From positions 32,001-96,000 of the forward strand of contig JBBIRK010000003.1 in NCBI GenBank assembly GCA_037441845.1: a stretch of DNA of 64,000 nt, given 5' to 3'. The notes beneath the pieces were generated by a model that was given only the letters and a program-made list of their open reading frames with translations, made no database searches and had not been told where the DNA came from. Made by a program: the position numbers and the translations under genes. Positions 21,701 through 29,436 of this stretch are shown here, in pieces. Positions within the stretch are counted from its first letter, which is position 1; each line of letters starts with the position of its first letter. Source of the DNA: Candidatus Zixiibacteriota bacterium. GTDB taxonomy: Bacteria; Zixibacteria; MSB-5A5; UBA10806; 4484-95.

Positions 21701-22071
21701 CATTGAACGCCTCAGCCACTATCGATAACACCACGGCGGTCGATCCGGTCGTGACGATCCACGTCGATGTCACCACCGGTATCGATGGACCGGAGGCGGC
21801 GATGCCGGCGGCTTACAGCCTTTCCCAGAACTATCCGAACCCGTTCAACGCCAGAACGGAAATCAAGTTCTCACTGCCGGTCGGCGGCAAAGTCGATTTG
21901 AGCGTGTATAATTTGATGGGGCAGAAAGTGGCCACTCTGGTTTCCGGCGATATGCCGGCCGGCAACCACGCGGTCAATTTCGATGCCTCGGCTTTGGCTT
22001 CGGGCATTTACTACTACAAACTGAATGCAGGTAATTTCAGCCAGGTCGAAAGAATGACCCTGGTCAAGTAG
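18754..22071 (+). CDS. Large multidomain secreted protein with C-terminal T9SS/FlgD-like sorting domain
   Basis: AAGGAG RBS, signal peptide; Ig/CARDB-like, jelly-roll (WEWGVP..GWYIDD), carboxypeptidase-regulatory-like and beta-propeller-like (LAWDG, LAYDP) segments; C-terminal LSQNYPNPFN..SGIYYY..MTLVK. Confidence 0.88.
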   Translation: MNLKNYRFVIAIMIAVVVSFNLAFAGNPGGQDEKLITNAVEKTYPPITLRHGGPDGGGYYYIDSNDDANNAPVYNWIDITGPGTPITMSDDSNMGPFNLGFNFTFYGQTFNTIMICSNGWASFTSTAISYINAAIPGTGEPDNLLAAFWDDLNPGDGGMVYYYADAANQRFIITWDGVPGFGRPGSAYTFQIIIQENGYIYYQYNTMTGIVNSATVGIENGTGTIGTQYIYNQDGLTNGLAVYFGLDAPIFGTHNVGPTRFLSPGLYGEIGDPISPQVEFRNIGQVTETFPVRLIIREGSNELYNQTSSVANLPSNGTATVTFPNFTPSSAAIYDLIAISELSNDENRTNDTLRTNYRVFSQMAYYDFEANGVFTPDGVWEWGVPSSGPGSAHSGANLWATVLAGDYPNGNTSSLITTPFGLGQGAILSFWHWYDTEARFDGCNVKISTDGGATWELLHPMGGYDDEPYSDNPLYPDSIFTGHDVGELWQEESFDLSAYGGMSAIFRFDFGSDGSVVYPGWYIDDLSVLGGGGVEPGYLMGAVRVSGTGTPIQGAVVNVSAVYDTTGADGRYSLLLYPGTYTVNVTAQYHNSASAQVTITENDTTVQDFSLTTPQLSFDASPINVAMARGTTRDIVRTMQNTGDGPLDYRVDISYGRLRVNPVPPPSFAETPVIGQSNPDKANYPGDLATLLRNSRPLEPPAILDFGDELAWFDFQNEASDNQLLGVVFAMDHFWVSGGAQNTDPNHLYKFNRQGILVETYNQNTTSWGWLDLAWDGEYIYGTDFNTDIISQIDPTTGQIVGTVPNPTAGGLGLAYDPATDHFWGCNWFGSPIIEFTRQGTVVNTYPQAPYTAVFGLAWDNWSPGGPYLWAFCQDPAAVVAQFNPATGSWTGVTFNTVNRSTDPNNPDLAAGCEATVEYDPSKVTLLTLIQGNTADGVGIYELAPYTTWLEITPGSGTIPAGGSQPLTFHIDLTGPNLDTVSALNASATIDNTTAVDPVVTIHVDVTTGIDGPEAAMPAAYSLSQNYPNPFNARTEIKFSLPVGGKVDLSVYNLMGQKVATLVSGDMPAGNHAVNFDASALASGIYYYKLNAGNFSQVERMTLVK

Positions 22072-22094
22072 TATTGACTGATTGCCGATAATTG

Positions 22095-22124
22095 AGGGCG
22101 CTCGCCGAAACGGGCGCCCTTTTT
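22095..22124 (+). terminator. Intrinsic terminator
   Basis: AGGGCGCTCG-ccgaaa-CGGGCGCCCT stem followed by T run. Confidence 0.8.
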
Positions 22125-22132
22125 AATTTGCT

Positions 22133-22502
22133 CTATTTAAGTAAAAGCATCTGTTTGGCGATAGTCTTCGCGGGCGTTTCAAGGCGATAGATATAGACCC
22201 CGCTTGCCACCCCGATTCCGGCGTCGTTCCGGCCGTCCCAGATGGCGGATTTATATCCGGCGCTTTGCTGCTCGTCGATTAATTGGCGCACTTTGCGGCC
22301 GGCGATATCGTAGATGGTCAGATTGACCTGACAATCGATCGGCAGGTCGTATCTGATCTCGGTGGTGGAGTTGAACGGGTTGGGGGAGTTGGGGAGGAGG
22401 GTGAAGCGGGCCGGAAGTTCGCCCGCCAGCCGCTTGCCCCAAGGAGAATCAATCGGGGCAATGGTGGCGGATACCAGGTAATCATATCGGAATAGCAAAA
22501 TT
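22133..22502 (-). pseudogene. 3' remnant of a secreted protein (only the FlgD-Ig/T9SS-type C-terminal domain remains)
   Basis: PNSPNPFN..IYDIAGRKVRQL..WDGRN..ASGVYIYRL..MLLLK with no signal peptide or RBS; abuts the IS remnant. Confidence 0.7.
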
Positions 22503-22648
22503 GACCGGCTTGCCCGACAAGCCTTCCAGCACGATCTTCGCTTTCGTCTTTGAATCCCGCTGCCGTCTCTTCATGACCGATCTCCTTTGTGTAATCAGCC
22601 ACAAGATACTCCCTTAATTCCTCTTGTCAATTAAAGGGGAGCAGTATA
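22503..22648 (-). mobile_element. IS3-family-like insertion sequence left-end remnant
   Basis: End TATACTGCTCCCCTTTAATTGACA; internal TTGACA-16-TATCTT; AAGGAG RBS; ATG 22574 encodes MKRRQRDSKTKAKIVLEGLSGKPV (transposase OrfA-like start), stop at 22482-22484. Confidence 0.65.
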
Positions 22649-22819
22649 AGGTATACTAATGCTATTACCGTCGCCCGCATAAAGGCGATTCCGATTTTGG
22701 CTTATATTTAATATAGTGCGCTGATTACTATTGTCACTCGATATCGACAGAAAGCGATCGAGCAGCGCGGCACTGGCCGATCGGCCATATGAATCAAAAG
22801 TGCATTTTTTGCTTTCTCT

Positions 22820-22848
22820 TTGACATGAATCCTATTGACGTCTATAAT
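22820..22848 (+). promoter_or_regulatory. Consensus sigma70 promoter of xerD
   Basis: Exact TTGACA-17 nt-TATAAT, ending 8 nt before the ATG. Confidence 0.8.
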
Positions 22849-22856
22849 CCGACCAA

Positions 22857-23744
22857 ATGCTCGAACTGATCGACCGGTATCTCGAAAGTCTGCGGCTCGA
22901 ACGCGGATCATCGATAAATAGTGTCGAAAGTTACGCGCACGATCTTCGCCGGTTCGCCGAATTCATAGGCGAAAAGCCGCTCCGGCGGATAAGCTCTCTT
23001 GACATAACCGATTTTCTCATCACTCTTCAACAGAAAAATCTATCCAGCGGTTCGATCGCCCGCAATCTGAGCGCGATAAAGGGGTTATTCCGGTTTGCCC
23101 GACGGAAAAACCTGATTAAAAGCGATCCCGCCGCCGCAATACCCGGCCCGAAAATATTCAGGCCTCTTCCGGCCACCCTGACCGTTCAGGAGGTTTTCGC
23201 GATACTGGATGCTCCCGATATTGCGACCCCGCTGGGTCTGCGCGATAAGGCTTTTCTGGAATTCTTATACGGGACCGGCTGCCGCATATCCGAGGCTTTG
23301 AATTGCCGCAAGTCCGACTTGATGCCGGAGCTTCAGCTGGTTAAACTGCTGGGCAAGGGAAAGAAGGAGCGGGTCGTTCCCATGGGTAAAGCCGCCTGGA
23401 CTGCGCTCGGTCGATATCTGGATCTCGGCCGCCCTCGGCTTGCAAATAGCAAGAGCGCCGATTACCTGTTTCTGGGAGCCCGGGGGAACCCACTGAGAAG
23501 AATGGCCGGCTGGAGGATAGTCCGAAAGTATTCGCTCAAAGCCGATATTCGGGGCGAAATATCGCCTCACACATTGCGGCATAGTTTCGCCACGCACATG
23601 CTCATGGGGGGGGCCGATCTGGTAGCGGTGCAGGAACTGCTCGGACATGCCGATATATCAACAACGGAGATCTATACGCACCTTGACCAGGATTTCATCA
23701 TCTCGGAACATCGGGAATTCCACCCGAGGGAAAAGTGGAAATGA
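22857..23744 (+). CDS. xerD: Tyrosine recombinase XerD
   Basis: GCRISE, GKGKKER, SPHTLRHSFATH, LLGHADISTTEIY, C-terminal FHPR. Confidence 0.92.
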   Translation: MLELIDRYLESLRLERGSSINSVESYAHDLRRFAEFIGEKPLRRISSLDITDFLITLQQKNLSSGSIARNLSAIKGLFRFARRKNLIKSDPAAAIPGPKIFRPLPATLTVQEVFAILDAPDIATPLGLRDKAFLEFLYGTGCRISEALNCRKSDLMPELQLVKLLGKGKKERVVPMGKAAWTALGRYLDLGRPRLANSKSADYLFLGARGNPLRRMAGWRIVRKYSLKADIRGEISPHTLRHSFATHMLMGGADLVAVQELLGHADISTTEIYTHLDQDFIISEHREFHPREKWK

Positions 23745-24727
23745 CGACGAGACCTTCCCAATCGACCGCGACCGATGATCGAAAGCCGCAAAGCCGCCCG
23801 AAATTCCATTGCGCGTTGTCGCAGCGGGGAACGGCCGTGGAGGACAGGATTCTGCGATCGATACAATCGTATGATGTGATTATCCATCATTTCGGTTCGT
23901 TCGCCGAGCTATACACCCACAGCCAACGCGTAATGATAGAGATGATAGTCCTTGCCGGCAACGGCCCAACCGACTGGATGATGGAAATGCTGCCTCTCAT
24001 AAAGCGCGATTCGACGCTGCAGTTCGTCCCCATCGTATTATTTCATCCCGCACCGGAAAGGGAGGTCATTCTCGATGCTTATCGGGCTGGTGTCGATGAG
24101 GTGGTGACCAATTTTTGGGACTACGACCTGGTGAGAGCCAAGATAGAGATGCTGGTCGCCCGCTCAAGGCGCGATCTGGGGGTCAATCCCACGACCCGAC
24201 TGCCTGGTCCGGCGGCGATCGAATTCGAAATAAATCTGCGGATCAAAAACGGCGAGGATTTCGCGGTTTGTTACGCGGATCTCGACAATTTCAAGGCTTT
24301 CAACGATTATTACGGCTATTTTTACGGAGATAAGGTCATCCTGATGACATCACATATAATCCGCAATACCGTCCACGATTTGGTCGAGGGTGGATTCGTC
24401 GGCCATATCGGTGGCGATGATTTTATTTTCGTCATTCCGATGGATAAAATTCATGTCGTATGCAAAAACATCATCGCCACTTTCGATCGGATGATACCAT
24501 ACAGGTACGACGAACGGGACCGCGAAAGAGGGTTCATAACCGTTGCCAATCGCCGCGGCGTAGTCGAGGAATTTCCGATCATGACCATATCGATCGCGGT
24601 GATGCCCAACCAGGCCCGAACTTTCACCCATGTTGGGGAGATCTCTCATATGATGGCCGATTTGAAAAAATATACGAAAACGCTTCCAGGGTCGAATTAC
24701 ATGATCGAAAGACGTCGGAAATACTGA
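23735..24727 (+). CDS. Receiver-like domain plus GGDEF (GGDDF) diguanylate cyclase
   Basis: NPTTRLPG, YADLDNFKAFNDYYG, GHIGGDDF; degenerate N-terminal receiver; overlaps xerD end. Confidence 0.88.
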   Translation: MEMTTRPSQSTATDDRKPQSRPKFHCALSQRGTAVEDRILRSIQSYDVIIHHFGSFAELYTHSQRVMIEMIVLAGNGPTDWMMEMLPLIKRDSTLQFVPIVLFHPAPEREVILDAYRAGVDEVVTNFWDYDLVRAKIEMLVARSRRDLGVNPTTRLPGPAAIEFEINLRIKNGEDFAVCYADLDNFKAFNDYYGYFYGDKVILMTSHIIRNTVHDLVEGGFVGHIGGDDFIFVIPMDKIHVVCKNIIATFDRMIPYRYDERDRERGFITVANRRGVVEEFPIMTISIAVMPNQARTFTHVGEISHMMADLKKYTKTLPGSNYMIERRRKY

Positions 24728-24730
24728 CCT

Positions 24731-25222
24731 TCACTCGACGTCGCTTGATCCTCGATATTGTTTATCGTAGAAGTGTCGAAGGATTCTTTTTTGGCCATTA
24801 GAAATCGCACGATCTATTTTGATCACCGATTCCAAACGCGTGGTATAAGTCCAGCCGTTTTCGCCTTCGGTGCTCGGCATATCGCAATAGCCATAGGCCA
24901 TCACCCGGATCGTGGAGTCGGCCGGATTGAAATCATCCCAAACGACCTTGAAACGGCCTCCGTTGGCATAAAATTGCTTGGGCAACGCCCCTCTTTCGCG
25001 GGGGCCGTGGCATTCGATATGCCCCTTGGCGGCCTGAATTCCGGCATAGGCGGCTTCCTCGGCGATGGCGATAGGATCGGTAATCGAAACCGCGGTAGCC
25101 GAATGGTCGTCATTTTTTACTTTTCCGACCGTGATGCCGGCGGCAAGAAGAATTATACCGACGGCGATGAAAGTCAATAGAAAGTCGCCGCGATTCTCAT
25201 TGCGGAAAATTCCCGGTCTCAA
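24731..25222 (-). CDS. Hypothetical PilX/pseudopilin-like protein
   Basis: N-terminal NENRG then hydrophobic helix; AEEAAYAGIQAA helix; TIRVMAYG strand. Confidence 0.55.
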   Translation of the reverse strand: MRPGIFRNENRGDFLLTFIAVGIILLAAGITVGKVKNDDHSATAVSITDPIAIAEEAAYAGIQAAKGHIECHGPRERGALPKQFYANGGRFKVVWDDFNPADSTIRVMAYGYCDMPSTEGENGWTYTTRLESVIKIDRAISNGQKRILRHFYDKQYRGSSDVE

Positions 25223-25344
25223 CCCGTATCCCCTTTGTTAATTTTGTGTATTAAATTGCACAAATGTCCTGAAACTTTATTTTTTATCCTGTTGTCCTTT
25301 AATTTCTTGGACGAATCTCATTAACTCATTCCGATGACATAGGG

Positions 25345-25361
25345 GGCAAACATGATGCCGA
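25345..25361 (-). promoter_or_regulatory. Candidate sigma-54 (-24/-12) promoter
   Basis: Minus strand TCGGCATCATGTTTGCC gives GG-N10-GC, close to TGGCAC-N5-TTGC, about 120 nt upstream of the PilX-like gene. Confidence 0.55.
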
Positions 25362-25470
25362 TCGTAGCCGCTTGGCTGATTTTTTTAGGCCTTGATTTAC
25401 ATTGACAGCTTGGCCCGGTTCGGCTACATTGCCATGTTAAATTTCAATCGACCATGAAGGAGCGAACGGC

Positions 25471-26340
25471 GTGCGACGCTGGGGCCTGATTCTCATTTTC
25501 GCATTGTTGTTTTTGACTATGGCATCATCAAGTGGGTTCGCCCAGGGGGATCCCTATAACCCGGATTCGCTGATAACCCGGTCGATTTCGTATCTGCCTT
25601 ATCGGCCGGGATACTGGAGCGTTGCTTATATCCACCTGGATTTCGTAACCGATGAAGATGTGGTTTATTTTTACATTCCCCTGAGATGGAATTCGATCGA
25701 TGGCGAGATCTATGTAGGCTATACCGTGTGGCGCGATTTGACATTGTTATGGGACGAATATCTCGACTCGATCGCTATAACCGCAAGAACGGTCGTCCTG
25801 AGAGGAACCTGCGATCTCGGCGGCGGCCCCAACCCTCCGCTCAACACCTCGGGAGTGCGACGGAATCTGATTGACCTGCGCTTGGTCATAACCCCGCAAG
25901 CGTCGCCGCAGGAGGTGGTGATGGACACGGTGGTGGACAGGCCTTACAATTCGCTTCAATTCGGCCTTTCGGAAGGAATCGATTTCGTGCCGGCATTCGC
26001 AAAAACGAGATTCCAATACGGCGAGTTCGTGGGAATAGAAGATGAATTCGAGCGCTTAATCGATGACGAATTCGGACTGATGAATTTTCCCAACCCTTTT
26101 AACGATTTTACGACATTTTCGTTCTCGCTCGACGATTATGCAGACGTTGCCTTGAAAATCTACGATGCGGGCGGGCGGCTTGTGCGAACGCTTGTCGATC
26201 GGGATTACGATGCCGGCCATTACCGGATCGTATGGAACGGCGAAACCGACGATGGCTTAAAATGCGGCTCCGGTGTTTTCCTATGTCGTTTAGCGGTCCG
26301 CGGCAAGATATCATATCACAAAGTGATTTTATTGCGTTGA
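25471..26340 (+). CDS. Secreted cohesin-like protein with FlgD-Ig/T9SS-type C-terminal domain
   Basis: AAGGAG RBS; signal peptide ending GFA-Q; beta-sandwich-like core; NFPNPFN..IYDAGGRLV..WNG..SGVF tail. Confidence 0.8.
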   Translation: MRRWGLILIFALLFLTMASSSGFAQGDPYNPDSLITRSISYLPYRPGYWSVAYIHLDFVTDEDVVYFYIPLRWNSIDGEIYVGYTVWRDLTLLWDEYLDSIAITARTVVLRGTCDLGGGPNPPLNTSGVRRNLIDLRLVITPQASPQEVVMDTVVDRPYNSLQFGLSEGIDFVPAFAKTRFQYGEFVGIEDEFERLIDDEFGLMNFPNPFNDFTTFSFSLDDYADVALKIYDAGGRLVRTLVDRDYDAGHYRIVWNGETDDGLKCGSGVFLCRLAVRGKISYHKVILLR

Positions 26341-26644
26341 TCACTCATCCAAAAGCCAGACAAATAACATAGGGATATCTTGATCGCTTCCGCCTCGAAT
26401 ATTCTGATTTCAGCATTGATTTTGCACGTAATTGCATCGCCATACAAAACCGCTGACGCATCTAACGGGAATTATTAATCGGCATTCCCTGACTGTACGA
26501 ATTAACCCTATTGATATCAATGACTTATTTTGCAAGAAAAATCTTGTATTATTCTAAAAAGCTTATATATTTGCACTTAGAAGTGGAAATGTTTTTGCTG
26601 TAGGCATTATTATGAGGACCTTTGGGTCAGGTCTTGGAGGATCG

Positions 26645-27484
26645 ATGATTAAGACGATATTTACTGTGATATTGACATTGTCGATTTTTGCAGTTTCCTA
26701 CGCCCAAGACCCGGGTTCGCGCGACAGCCTGATCATCGGCACGGTGATCGTTCCGCCTGGCGCTCCCTCGGTTATGGTCCCGATTTATGCCGTAACCGAC
26801 GACTCGATCGCTTCCATCACTTTACCGATCGAATGGGCATCGATGGACAACCGGATTTCTCCTGCGGGGATCTATTATTTCAATCCATTGATTTATTGGG
26901 ATTATCTTGCCGACACCATCGATTACACCAACGAAAGGTTGCTTATCCGTGGGATCAACGATATCGGCGGAGACAACAATCCGGTGCTTAACACCGCGTC
27001 TCAGCGGGTGGTGATAATCAGGATCAGGATCGCCATCCATTCCGGTGCCGGCGATCAATTCGTGACTCTTGCGCCGTATAATGACGCCACGCATGGCGGC
27101 CCTCGTTTCGGTTTGGCCAATGGAACCACGAGTTTCGCCCCGATCGTCGTATCCGGTGGAATCGATTTTACCCCGACATCGATCGAAGATCCCGATGTGG
27201 TTCCTGCGGAATTTCGTCTATATCAGAATTATCCCAATCCTTTCAACAACTCGACCGAGATTCGTTTCAGTCTGGCCCGACTATCCCATATAGATCTTGC
27301 CGTTTATGATCTGCTCGGTCGCAAAGTGAAAACGATCGCCTGCGGGGATTTCGCCGCCGGTGAGTATCTAGTCACCTGGGACGGCAGCGACAACGACGGC
27401 AATCAGGTTACATCGGGGGTTTACTTTTACGTCCTTCGCGATGGAGACGAAAGCGTCTCGAGGAAAATGGTCTTATTGAAATAA
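26645..27484 (+). CDS. Secreted cohesin-like protein with FlgD-Ig/T9SS-type C-terminal domain (paralog of previous gene)
   Basis: GGAGG RBS; signal peptide ending SYA-Q; VMVPIY..ITLPIEW..IRIRIAI..SGGIDF; QNYPNPFN..MVLLK tail. Confidence 0.82.
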   Translation: MIKTIFTVILTLSIFAVSYAQDPGSRDSLIIGTVIVPPGAPSVMVPIYAVTDDSIASITLPIEWASMDNRISPAGIYYFNPLIYWDYLADTIDYTNERLLIRGINDIGGDNNPVLNTASQRVVIIRIRIAIHSGAGDQFVTLAPYNDATHGGPRFGLANGTTSFAPIVVSGGIDFTPTSIEDPDVVPAEFRLYQNYPNPFNNSTEIRFSLARLSHIDLAVYDLLGRKVKTIACGDFAAGEYLVTWDGSDNDGNQVTSGVYFYVLRDGDESVSRKMVLLK

Positions 27485-27515
27485 ATAGACCTAATCGATT
27501 TTATCCGCATATATC

Positions 27516-27540
27516 GCCGGCGAACCCAGCCGGCTTTTTT
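27516..27540 (+). terminator. Intrinsic terminator
   Basis: GCCGGC-gaaccca-GCCGGC followed by T6. Confidence 0.7.
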
Positions 27541-27956
27541 ATTTGTCGGTGATCATACTCGACGGAGAGCCTTTTTCCTGCTTCAGTCGGTTGATGACGA
27601 CAGGGAATGGCGATTTTCGTTTGTGCCCCAAAATAATCGTCGGCGAATTTCGGTTCGGCGGATCAAAATCAAAAAAATAACCGTGCATACGGATCTCATC
27701 GCCCCGGCTAATATATTAAGCGAGACAATATTAAGAAAAATCAGTAGATAAGCTCAAATGATCGGGAAATGCTTGAATATTATTCAATTGGGTTAATTTC
27801 AAAAAAATGCTTGCTGATACCTTAAAAATAATGTAAAATCCCCGCCATATTTCAAAATTGCCCCAAAGCAAGAACGTGCAGAGGAGGAATGTCGATGGAA
27901 TGAAATCGTGTCCGGAATGATTTTCAGTTGAACTAATAACCAAAAGGAGTTTTCAA

Positions 27957-29138
27957 ATGGCTTGTATGCCTAAAAGGGTTTTATTTCTAACGATTTTATT
28001 GTTTTTTATAGGAGCGAGTGCGGCGCCGCTTATGGCCACCGAAACCCGGGTTGGCTCGATGGGCGGCGTTGGAATGTATACCAGGGATAACTCGAACATC
28101 TTCTACTTCCCCGGTACTCTTTACGCTTATAAGAATCAGGTGGTCGGTGAGTTGAGGGTTCAAGCACTCGACAACAGCTACTCCGTCGGCGTTCATTATC
28201 CTGCCCGAAAGCAATGCGTGATCGGCGCCTATTTGAATCGGCCGATCCGTCTTGCCCCCGCCCTCGACGAATTTGGAATCGAAAATGTCACCCTTGATCA
28301 ATCGACCGACCTGCTTTACGGAAGGCAGATGGCCAATTTCGATTTCGGTTTCCGGCTATCTTTCGGTTTCGATAGCTATGACGATGGCGATACCGGAATC
28401 CTAAAAGAAGAAGAATCGGCCAGATATATCGGACTGGCCGCCGGGATTTCCAACAGCGTCATGGATCTCGGTGTTCAATTCGAGATGCCGTCGGCCAAGT
28501 GGGAACAAGATACTTTCTCGATCAAGTGGGGTGGAACCGCGCTCGGCGCGAACGGCCGGCTGTTCTATGGCGGGGAAACGCAGATCGTGCCGGTTGGAAC
28601 TTTTTACATGGCTTCGGGTTCGGTCAAGTTCACGCCCGATCCGGATCCGACCGCCAAGGTCGATTACAGCGCTATGAATGTAGGAGTCGGCATTGGTTTC
28701 AACCGCAAGATCAACGAGGATAACCTGCTGGTGATGGCGATCGAGTTGTTCGGCATGTCGAGCTACAAAATCGAACCAAAAGACACTACGAACTACATTG
28801 ATTACTACAACCAATCGATTTTGACTATGCCCGGTTTGTATATGGGCGTCGAATCGAAAATCAAGCCTTGGCTCACCGGACGTATCGGGGCGGCCCAAAC
28901 CTATCAAAAGTACACCAACAAAACAAGAAATTATGCTCCTGAGATTATCACCGAGACATTGTATGAATCGTCAGCCACCGTCAGTAACTTCAATGTCTCA
29001 TTCGGACTCGGTTTCCATTTCGGCGATTTCGATATCGATGCCGCGATCAACGAAGGGTTCTTTTTCGACGGGCCGTATTTCTTGAGCGGCGAAAACAATT
29101 CGATGGCCAACCGGTTGTCGGTGACCTATAATTTCTAA
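27957..29138 (+). CDS. Outer-membrane beta-barrel protein
   Basis: AAGGAG RBS, signal peptide, alternating amphipathic strands, BAM-type C-terminus RLSVTYNF. Confidence 0.8.
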   Translation: MACMPKRVLFLTILLFFIGASAAPLMATETRVGSMGGVGMYTRDNSNIFYFPGTLYAYKNQVVGELRVQALDNSYSVGVHYPARKQCVIGAYLNRPIRLAPALDEFGIENVTLDQSTDLLYGRQMANFDFGFRLSFGFDSYDDGDTGILKEEESARYIGLAAGISNSVMDLGVQFEMPSAKWEQDTFSIKWGGTALGANGRLFYGGETQIVPVGTFYMASGSVKFTPDPDPTAKVDYSAMNVGVGIGFNRKINEDNLLVMAIELFGMSSYKIEPKDTTNYIDYYNQSILTMPGLYMGVESKIKPWLTGRIGAAQTYQKYTNKTRNYAPEIITETLYESSATVSNFNVSFGLGFHFGDFDIDAAINEGFFFDGPYFLSGENNSMANRLSVTYNF

Positions 29139-29160
29139 CGCAGGAAGGAATACGTAAGCT

Positions 29161-29379
29161 ATGAAAACTTACAAAATAATAATCGCCCTTTTTATGGCGA
29201 GCCTGTTGTTGCTGGCTGCCTGCGGCCAGATCGCCGGCAATAACCCGTTGGGAGCCACCGGCGGCGGCGAAAACGGCTACGGAATCCTCGATTCCTCTTC
29301 CTATGAATACTACAATCTCTTGGCCAATTTGCCTCAGCCTCCGGTGCAAGAAGAAGCCCCGACGAATCCTGCTCAATAA
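29161..29379 (+). CDS. Small lipoprotein
   Basis: MKTYK + hydrophobic stretch + LAAC lipobox; 22 nt after the barrel gene; followed by terminator. Confidence 0.7.
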   Translation: MKTYKIIIALFMASLLLLAACGQIAGNNPLGATGGGENGYGILDSSSYEYYNLLANLPQPPVQEEAPTNPAQ

Positions 29380-29398
29380 GAGGGTCGTAAATGGCAAT

Positions 29399-29432
29399 GA
29401 AAGAGCGGCCGAGATCGGCCGCTCTTTTTTTT
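29399..29432. terminator. Bidirectional intrinsic terminator
   Basis: AAAGAGCGGCCGA-ga-TCGGCCGCTCTTT inverted repeat plus long T run, between convergent genes. Confidence 0.85.
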
Positions 29433-29436
29433 GCAA

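Noticed and set aside
22318..22602. 94-aa minus-strand ORF, or a programmed frameshift fusing the IS peptide to the CTD fragment
   Set aside because: No recognisable motifs; the CTD frame is +1 relative to the IS ORF (IS3 uses -1) and no slippery site was seen
22857..23744. Tyrosine recombinase as integrase of a prophage, island or integron
   Set aside because: Length and motifs fit housekeeping XerD; no att repeats, attC cassettes or phage genes nearby
24253..24430. Hypr-type (cGAMP-forming) GGDEF
   Set aside because: The specificity Asp of the GxxxGD motif is retained (GYFYGD), not replaced by Ser/Thr
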